This document shows, piece by piece, positions 58,079 to 64,000 of a stretch of 64,000 bases of DNA (position 1 is its first letter; the number at the start of each line of letters is the position of its first letter). The position numbers were made by a program, and so were the translations under genes. The DNA comes from Acinetobacter phage ZZ1: the sequence record NC_018087.3. The stretch is one strand, 5' to 3'. The notes under the pieces are model-generated. The model was given only the letters and a program-made list of their open reading frames with translations. It did not search any database and was not told where the DNA came from.

Positions 58079-58810
58079 ATGAACACTTCAATCAAAGACC
58101 AACAACCCTCAGCACAGGCTGAAGATAGCACACTTACACCTGAAAAAAATGGAAATGCTTCACATCGTAGCTCTCTACCAGTGTTTGATTTTATATTTGG
58201 CTTATTGAATATACTATTCAAGGATGGAGCAACAGGAAAACTTCTCGCATCTCGAGTAGCAGCCCTTTTTGCAGTGTTTATCATGATAATGATTTGGGTG
58301 AAAGCTGATGCTATAGGAAAATTATACGTAGAGGCGTCATATGAATCATATGCGCATGCATTGCAAGTAGAACGTAACAAAAGATTTGATTTAACTATAC
58401 AAGAACAAATCCAAAGCGTTCATGTCGCAACGGGTTCTGATTTTTCTGGTGTTTACGTATTTCGTCCAAAAAATTTAAATTATTTTGTTGACTTAGAAGT
58501 ATATGAAGGGAAAATACCAGAATCGGTCGATCCTAAAAATTTAGGTGGATTTCCTGTAGATAAAACATCTAATGAATATATGGCACATCTTGCCGGTCGA
58601 TCATTTGATTCTGAGACTGAATTTGCATATTTGCCTAGTACAGAAGATAATAAAGGCCTTGCATACATGTATTCGTGTCCATATTTTAATTTGGATAATA
58701 TCTATTCTGGTTCTGTTGCGATGTACTGGTATGGTAAACCCCATATAACAAAAAAGCGACTTGAATCAATTTGTAATCAAGCCGCTCGTGCGATAGGTAG
58801 AACTCGTTAA
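58079..58810 (+). CDS. t: Holin T, with its lysis-inhibition periplasmic domain.
   Basis: 243 aa. Extensive identity with T4 T (LFKD.ATGK.LASRVA, FRPKNLNYFVD, YEGK.P, LGG.PVDKT..EY..HL.GR, YMYSCPYFNLDNIY.G...MYWY, RLESIC.QAAR). Confidence 0.9.
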   Translation: MNTSIKDQQPSAQAEDSTLTPEKNGNASHRSSLPVFDFIFGLLNILFKDGATGKLLASRVAALFAVFIMIMIWVKADAIGKLYVEASYESYAHALQVERNKRFDLTIQEQIQSVHVATGSDFSGVYVFRPKNLNYFVDLEVYEGKIPESVDPKNLGGFPVDKTSNEYMAHLAGRSFDSETEFAYLPSTEDNKGLAYMYSCPYFNLDNIYSGSVAMYWYGKPHITKKRLESICNQAARAIGRTR

Positions 58811-59127
58811 GCTAACTTAGCCGAGTTCATTACCATTGTTAATTTTCTATAAATCGGTTCATGACCAGAAAGAAATTCTTCGATAAGAGCTTCTTTCTGA
58901 CGATTTGTAATATCTTGAGTTAAATTCCAAAGTGACGTAGCAGTCACTTTTTTATTACCAATAGTAATCCCAAGTTCATTTAAGAATGCAATGAATAACG
59001 CTTTATTTTCTAAAATATCATCATGACCAAATTTAATTAAGATTGATGCTACTGCGATAATTTCTTGTAAAGTTTCAAACAACATGATATTTCTCCAATT
59101 AAGCTTTAATATATTTGATAACGGCAT
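58807..59127 (-). CDS. asiA: Anti-sigma-70 protein AsiA. The true start is probably the internal Met, giving about 92 aa.
   Basis: II.VASILIKF...DI.EN.A.FIAFLNE.G.T matches T4 AsiA. Confidence 0.8.
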   Translation of the reverse strand: MPLSNILKLNWRNIMLFETLQEIIAVASILIKFGHDDILENKALFIAFLNELGITIGNKKVTATSLWNLTQDITNRQKEALIEEFLSGHEPIYRKLTMVMNSAKLA

Positions 59128-59722
59128 TTACTAAAATTTCAAGATTTTCCATTGTGCGTGGTAAATCCATATATGTTACGGTTGGAGTTACTTTATGAAC
59201 TACCATACCGATAGTTTTAAAATATTCAACTTGACCCTCTTCAGGTTTACGAATACTAATTCGTAATAAGTCTGCATTGCGGATTTCAATACTTGCAATA
59301 CCCTTTAAACGCTTTGTGAAATGTACAAATAAATTACTACGATCTTCTGTATAATCAGGTTTCGTATCAATATTATTTTCTAACATTGCAAATGTGCGTG
59401 ATACCATTTCTAACATTTCATCATTAATTTTTCGCTTAACTGTACCACGTTGTTTAATGTTTAAATCAATATTTTCGCCTTTAATCCACAATTCTGCTGC
59501 AAGTTCAATTAATTCTTGACCTTCGGGTGAGATTGTAATTTTATCTGCAGACTCATTAATATAACCATATTCAATTAATTGATCTATAATAACCGGAACA
59601 AATTCAATACGTTTAATGTATGTTTTATTGTAAAGATCTTCTAACAATTCAAGACCTTCAGACCAAGGCGTTTGTTTATGAAGTTGTTCAGCGGCTAATT
59701 GATAATATTCAATCTTATTCAT
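59099..59722 (-). CDS. motA: MotA middle-promoter transcription activator.
   Basis: 207 aa, against 211 aa in T4. Regional similarity (ITISPEGQELIELAAELW against T4 IITGEAQDIISNAATLY), in the position between asiA and gene 52. Confidence 0.65.
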   Translation of the reverse strand: MNKIEYYQLAAEQLHKQTPWSEGLELLEDLYNKTYIKRIEFVPVIIDQLIEYGYINESADKITISPEGQELIELAAELWIKGENIDLNIKQRGTVKRKINDEMLEMVSRTFAMLENNIDTKPDYTEDRSNLFVHFTKRLKGIASIEIRNADLLRISIRKPEEGQVEYFKTIGMVVHKVTPTVTYMDLPRTMENLEILVNAVIKYIKA

Positions 59723-59792
59723 AATTTAAAATAACTCACATTTCATTTGTTAAGGGTATATTAACAATTATCCCTTATTTTGTACAATTAAG

Positions 59793-59816
59793 AGGGGCCA
59801 TTTTAGGCCCCTTTTT
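59793..59816. other. AGGGGCC-atttta-GGCCCCT hairpin between gene 52 and motA.
   Basis: Read directly. The T-run is on the + strand only. Confidence 0.35.
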
Positions 59817-59818
59817 AA

Positions 59819-61165
59819 TCAAACGAGGCGTTCTAATGCATCAAGGTCTAATTTATATTCAGTTTGAGCAGTTGTGGTCTGCCAATACTCTAAATCTTTT
59901 TTAGCTTCATGTGCACGAGCTTTTAAGTTTTCAATTTCATCATCTGTCATATGATAGATGTTCATTGATACTAATTGATCTTCAAAGCCAACAAACGGCT
60001 GATAAGTAGACAATTCGTCCTTAAGGGCCGCTTTAGTTTTACCCTTAATAACAATATTTCCACTATTAACTTCTTTAATGAAAAGTGCTTTTGCCAATGC
60101 AAGTTTAAAAGTATGTTCACTTTTAACTTTCATATAGTCAATACGTTTATCAACATATGTTAAGCGAGCTTTAACAAATACATTAATTAGTTCCGATGCA
60201 TTTTCAAATTTATCGTTTAAGCGACCTTTATCATCAATAACTACAATATTTTGTGAGACCTTTTCAATTAATTTAAAGTCTGACATAATTTTTGCATGTT
60301 TTGCTGCTTCGTCTTCCGGGAATCGATAATCTTTACGGAATTTAATTTTAAATCCAAATCCTGCTTTAGAGCAGTCATCTTCGTATGTAATTAAGCCTTT
60401 ATCTTCAAGATCATCTAAAACCTTTTCAACATATTTTGCACGATCAAATGAATATGGAATTTCCGTAATATGCATTTGGGTTCGAGATGTAAAAGTGTAT
60501 TTTCCATGCAATTCATATTTGCCCGGCTCATCAAGTTTAATCACTTCTCCTTTAAATTGAGGGAATGACACTAATGGTTCTTTGTCAAGCTTACCCTCAA
60601 GCGCCAATCGGGTACATTCTAATACACTTGCAAAACTATGAGGTAAAATATTTGTTGCATATCCTGTAGCAATACCCTTAACACCATTTAATAATACTGT
60701 AGGTACTACCGGCAAATAAAAACGAGGAGGTAAATGCTCTTCATCTGGATGCTTCGGTGCAATTTCAATATCTTTATAAACCTTTCTAAAGTTTTCAGAG
60801 ATACGACAAAATACATAACGAGATGCAGCAGCTTCTTGTACAAGACGCGAACCAAAGTTACCTTGACCGTCTAAGAATGGCAAATTATTATTCCAAGTAT
60901 TTGCCATTAAAGCACCAGCTTCTTGTGCAGATACTTCACCATGATGGTATCCAGCATCGGCCACGCCGCCTGCAACAGACGCTAATTTATGAAATTTTGC
61001 ATGATTGCCTTTAGACATTTCTAAAGCACGATAAATCATAAAACGTTGAACGGGTTTAAACCCATCCATCATATTAGGAATTGCACGGTTTTCAACTGTA
61101 TATAAAGCATACCCTTTAGCTTCATTATTAATAATATCAACTAAATCACGATTGATATTCTGCAT
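59819..61165 (-). CDS. 52: DNA topoisomerase II medium subunit gp52.
   Basis: 448 aa, against 442 aa in T4. Long identities (YTVENRAIPNM.DGFKPVQRF.I.RAL, FHKLASIAGGVAD.GYHHGE.SAQ.AGALMANTWNNN.P.LDGQGNFGSR.VQ.AAASRY.F.R.S.NF..VYKD.E.AP.H.D.EH.PP.FYLP..PTVLLNG..GIATGYAT.ILPHS). Confidence 0.95.
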   Translation of the reverse strand: MQNINRDLVDIINNEAKGYALYTVENRAIPNMMDGFKPVQRFMIYRALEMSKGNHAKFHKLASVAGGVADAGYHHGEVSAQEAGALMANTWNNNLPFLDGQGNFGSRLVQEAAASRYVFCRISENFRKVYKDIEIAPKHPDEEHLPPRFYLPVVPTVLLNGVKGIATGYATNILPHSFASVLECTRLALEGKLDKEPLVSFPQFKGEVIKLDEPGKYELHGKYTFTSRTQMHITEIPYSFDRAKYVEKVLDDLEDKGLITYEDDCSKAGFGFKIKFRKDYRFPEDEAAKHAKIMSDFKLIEKVSQNIVVIDDKGRLNDKFENASELINVFVKARLTYVDKRIDYMKVKSEHTFKLALAKALFIKEVNSGNIVIKGKTKAALKDELSTYQPFVGFEDQLVSMNIYHMTDDEIENLKARAHEAKKDLEYWQTTTAQTEYKLDLDALERLV

Positions 61166-61198
61166 ATTAACTCCTCTATAATTTTAAATACACAATTA

Positions 61199-61390
61199 TT
61201 ACTTAATTAATTTAAAACAAATAATAATTGTAATAACTGAAGTGATTGCGAGTTTAACCAAATAAATTGGGTCACTAAAATTAACAACTTGCATTGTTTT
61301 ATGTATAGTAGCATATACAAACAATAACACTAAAGCTAAAAGTTGATTAGTACTCATTTGACATATACCCCTTAGTATTTTTGTGCCCAA
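61199..61390 (-). CDS. Small membrane protein (position of ac/stp).
   Basis: 63-aa ORF with two hydrophobic segments. Confidence 0.3.
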   Translation of the reverse strand: MGTKILRGICQMSTNQLLALVLLFVYATIHKTMQVVNFSDPIYLVKLAITSVITIIICFKLIK

Positions 61391-61851
61391 AATTTAAAGT
61401 TATCATTTAACATACGATTCTGTTCTTCCAAATTTTGGAAATCATCAGAATATTGCGCTGTAAATGCCAAAGCAAGTTTACCTTTACCAAACCCATTTGT
61501 TAAAACTTTTAATTTATCAAGACTTACAAAATAAATGTCAAATGCTTCAAGTGTAGAACATAATGCCTCACCGGTTTTTGTACGTCGACGACGAATTTGT
61601 GAAACAATATTACGAAGACCCGATTTTGTGCGTTGACGTCCTACATAAAAACGAGCGTATACTTCACCTCGCTTAACATGTACAAAGAAATAAAACCCTG
61701 GAGCATTTAAATTTGACACTGGCGGTTCATCGGTAAAAGGCTCATATAAATTACCTTTAGCCGTTAAACGCGCGATATGTTGTGCCTTTGCCAATTTTAA
61801 ATCTTTTAGATACATGTGGCTACGAGTTGTGTTCAATTTCGATTTTTTCAT
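61372..61851 (-). CDS. ndd: Ndd nucleoid disruption protein.
   Basis: 159 aa, against 151 aa in T4. PGFYF.V....G......ARFYVG.QR.K.G.....S.IR.RR and T.GFGKG.LALAFT.....F..LEE.NRML.DNFKF match T4 Ndd. Confidence 0.8.
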   Translation of the reverse strand: MKKSKLNTTRSHMYLKDLKLAKAQHIARLTAKGNLYEPFTDEPPVSNLNAPGFYFFVHVKRGEVYARFYVGRQRTKSGLRNIVSQIRRRRTKTGEALCSTLEAFDIYFVSLDKLKVLTNGFGKGKLALAFTAQYSDDFQNLEEQNRMLNDNFKFWAQKY

Positions 61852-61899
61852 ATCATTAACCTTTGTTTGATGATGAGATTATTTTAACACCATTTAATA

Positions 61900-62523
61900 T
61901 TAATGTAAACCCTTATAAAAGAAATAATTTGAATTATTTTCAGAGGGTCGTTGCCTATCATTAATATAATATCCAGTAAAATTGGATTTTTGAACAACTT
62001 CTTTTAAGCCTTCTTGATTTGCAATTAAAAAAGGCTCAAATGTCCATACACTTCTATGCAATTCTGTTGTTTTAAAAATAACAATTATATCTGGAATACC
62101 TGTAGTTAAAAAAGGTTTTATATTAAGGCCTGTTGTCCCAGGATATAAACCAGATTGACCTGTATTTACAGATACCCATTTAGCGCCAGATTGTTGTGTT
62201 TTAACTTCAATTCTCATACCGTAATATTCGGGTCCTGCTAACACATCAAATGCATACGTCCATGGATCATTAATATTAACGTTCTCATCATTAATGCAAT
62301 GTCCTTTCATGTGTTGTGCGATATATTGTTCAGCAAGCTGTGCAATAACACATCTTTGTAAAACAGATTCAGTATCAGTTTCACCATTATATTCTAGGGC
62401 ATGTTTGGTTGTATCAATAACCTTTTGTTTAGATTCAGGTGTTAGATCGCTAACGCCTAATGTAATAGGTTTTAATGTAGTTAAATGTATCCACGCCTTA
62501 TTTTCTTGCATCTTTATCTCCAA
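61900..62523 (-). CDS. Hypothetical protein (position of the T4 ndd.x/denB region).
   Basis: 207-aa ORF. No similarity recognised. Confidence 0.4.
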   Translation of the reverse strand: MEIKMQENKAWIHLTTLKPITLGVSDLTPESKQKVIDTTKHALEYNGETDTESVLQRCVIAQLAEQYIAQHMKGHCINDENVNINDPWTYAFDVLAGPEYYGMRIEVKTQQSGAKWVSVNTGQSGLYPGTTGLNIKPFLTTGIPDIIVIFKTTELHRSVWTFEPFLIANQEGLKEVVQKSNFTGYYINDRQRPSENNSNYFFYKGLH

Positions 62524-62525
62524 TG

Positions 62526-62552
62526 AAAAAGGGCCCGAAGGCCCCTTTATTT
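62526..62552. terminator. GGGCCC-gaag-GGCCCC hairpin with flanking A/T runs after rIIB.
   Basis: Read directly. Confidence 0.6.
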
Positions 62553-62554
62553 AA

Positions 62555-63892
62555 TTACATTTTAACCTCATCTAATACAGTATATTCGCAGGTTCTCATT
62601 TTAGCCGATGCATAATCTACCGGAATAGATACAACATCTTTTGGATGTACTTTAACACGTACAACTTTATTACCAGGTGTAGTACCATAATGATCCAAAT
62701 AAGATTTTGAACATACATGTAGACCAGCTGAGCATGTTTGGTTATCATCTGAATTAACTAGGCCACGCACCATTTTTAAGGTTTTACCCGGAGAATTATC
62801 CATTGTACCAGTAAAGATATCCAAGAAATCTGAACGAACTTTCTTCCATGCAATAAAATGGCCATCTGCAGTAATTTCAATGTCATTGGCTTGTAAAAAG
62901 TCAAATAAACGCTCAATTGCGACATCGCTTGGGTTAAGCATTAAATTCTCTAAGAATGGCAAGAAGAATTCAAAATCTTCTCCTTTATTCATAGCTTCAA
63001 TAATGCGACGGGTTAAACCTGATTTAATTTCAACGCCTTGATAAAATAATTGACCATTAGTAATAGTTACATTATTTTTAACATATTTTGAAACTGCATG
63101 CTCAATATTAAGAAGTTGAATAGCTTTATCAAATTCTTTTGCCACCAAAGCTTCAATTGCTTGTTTAAAATTCGGATGGCTAGAGTCAGCATTAATAGTC
63201 TTGCGACCTTCTGTAATGCTAATAAACTTATTTGATGCGGACCAAACAGGTTCAGCTTTATGCTCTTCTTTTTGTGCTTTTGCAATAGCTTGATTTGTAC
63301 CCTCAATAATTGCTGCACTAAAATCTGGGCGTGCTTCAAGCTGCGCCTTTTCAATTTGCTTTTTGCTAAAATATTTGTGTAGCGTAATATGGTCTCGAAT
63401 CCAAGTAGTATCTTGGCCATTATTTTCAAACTTATTACTCGGGTCATATACTACAGGTGTTTCGCCGTCATAGTCGTGAGTACGAACCACAATTTTTCCA
63501 ATACGGAATTTACGCAGAACACCCATATCATGTTCATTGAAGAACCAATCACCAAAACCTTCTTTTGGATCAACGTCGTCTTTGGTTTCATCAGTAATAT
63601 AAACGTCTTCACAAACAATTACACCATCCAATGGATTACCTGTAACTTCAAATGATTTTACAATAAAATCATCACGAACTTGTAAAATTGTTCCTGGCCA
63701 AGCAAGTTGTGCCACACCGTCTTTAATTTTAAACAATTTCAATGTAGCTTCAGAGCGCGGAGTTTTTAATGCACGAGTGATTGTATCAACATGGACACCA
63801 AAATCACGAGCAATTGAAACTTTAGATTGACCTGACAAGAATGCAATAATTACCGCATTAATATCTGCAATTGATAATTTACTATTTCGCAT
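62555..63892 (-). CDS. rIIB: rIIB protector-from-prophage-exclusion protein, with an insertion of about 130 aa after the N-terminal HTH.
   Basis: 445 aa. The C-terminal 250 aa are collinear with T4 rIIB (ASNKFISIT, G.LFYQ..E..SGL..RI...M.KGE.FEF..PFLENL..NPS..A..RLFDFL.ANDIEIT.DG.F.AWK.VRS...D, DNSPGK..KM.R..VN.DD.QTC..GLHVCSKSY..H.G, V.VKVHP.DVVSIP.DY..AKMRTC.Y.V). The HTH reads VDTITRAL, against VDTIRRVL in T4. Confidence 0.9.
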   Translation of the reverse strand: MRNSKLSIADINAVIIAFLSGQSKVSIARDFGVHVDTITRALKTPRSEATLKLFKIKDGVAQLAWPGTILQVRDDFIVKSFEVTGNPLDGVIVCEDVYITDETKDDVDPKEGFGDWFFNEHDMGVLRKFRIGKIVVRTHDYDGETPVVYDPSNKFENNGQDTTWIRDHITLHKYFSKKQIEKAQLEARPDFSAAIIEGTNQAIAKAQKEEHKAEPVWSASNKFISITEGRKTINADSSHPNFKQAIEALVAKEFDKAIQLLNIEHAVSKYVKNNVTITNGQLFYQGVEIKSGLTRRIIEAMNKGEDFEFFLPFLENLMLNPSDVAIERLFDFLQANDIEITADGHFIAWKKVRSDFLDIFTGTMDNSPGKTLKMVRGLVNSDDNQTCSAGLHVCSKSYLDHYGTTPGNKVVRVKVHPKDVVSIPVDYASAKMRTCEYTVLDEVKM

Positions 63893-64000
63893 GACGACTT
63901 CCTATAAAAAGAGTTGTATAAAATTCAATAAATGGCCAGACTAACACGCCAATGCCTGTTAGTCCGAGTGTTACTGCAACATATATTTCAATAATACTCA
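63889..64000 (-). CDS. rIIA: 3' end of rIIA, partial, continuing beyond the window.
   Basis: An open frame on the - strand ends with a TAG overlapping the rIIB start. The hydrophobic C-terminal peptide reads ...VLVWPFIEFYTTLFIGSRHAK. The call rests on position and on typical rIIA-rIIB coupling. Confidence 0.4.

Noticed and set aside
61372-61851. Possible degenerate GIY-YIG homing endonuclease (GFYFFV...YVG).
   Set aside because: The motif is mid-protein rather than N-terminal. The whole protein aligns instead with T4 Ndd (PGFYF.V...ARFYVG.QR.K, GFGKG.LALAFT, NRML.DNFKF).
1-64000. Search for a CRISPR array, tRNA genes, integrase or transposase.
   Set aside because: There are no direct-repeat/spacer arrays, no cloverleaf-like GC-rich 70-90-nt islands outside coding regions, and no ORF with recombinase or transposase motifs. 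The window is a lytic T4-like core genome.

Overview
This window is a contiguous segment of a T4-like (Tevenvirinae/Straboviridae-type) myophage genome. It is AT-rich, tightly packed, and syntenic with coliphage T4 across the whole window. Gene order (+ strand unless noted): gp18 tail sheath (5' partial), gp19 tail tube, gp20 portal, gp67, gp68, gp21 prohead protease, gp22 scaffold, gp23 major capsid, gp24 vertex, then on - strand hoc and an inh-like ORF, uvsW (+), a cluster of small Cys-rich ORFs (-), baseplate wedge/hub gp25 and gp26 (-), gp51/27/28/29/48/54 (+), alt plus a second split alt-like ADP-ribosyltransferase locus (+). A long leftward block follows: DNA ligase gp30, 5'-nucleotidase-like, NADAR/YbiA-like, rIII-like, gp31 co-chaperonin, dCMP deaminase, Nudix, PseT, RNA ligase 1, NrdB, NrdA, thymidylate synthase, DHFR, gp32, gp59, gp33, DsbA, RNase H. 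Then rightward long tail fibre genes gp34, gp35-like, gp36, gp37 and holin t, then leftward asiA, motA, gp52 topoisomerase, ndd, rIIB and the 3' end of rIIA. Assignments rest on my recollection of T4 protein sequences compared against the supplied ORF translations; no search was run. Regulatory elements seen: TATAAATA late-promoter cores upstream of several late genes and many GC-rich hairpin terminators (a recurring GGGCCC-GAAG-GGCCC type). No tRNA, CRISPR array, transposase or homing endonuclease was found. Most notable: (1) gp27 carries a C-terminal CHAP-like cysteine-peptidase domain of about 140 aa; (2) gp51 is split at a T9 tract, a perfect U UUU UUU slippery site; (3) gp32 is split into two frames; (4) alt is followed by a near-duplicate whose N-terminal targeting domain and ART catalytic domain are separate ORFs; (5) a NADAR-like gene and a 5'-nucleotidase-like gene lie next to the ligase; (6) a 144-codon open frame continues in-frame directly after the tandem TGA-TAA stops of gp37; (7) an AT-rich two-ORF cassette sits where T4 has rnlB; (8) two unlisted small Cys-rich ORFs with a late promoter lie downstream of gp25 where uvsY would be expected.
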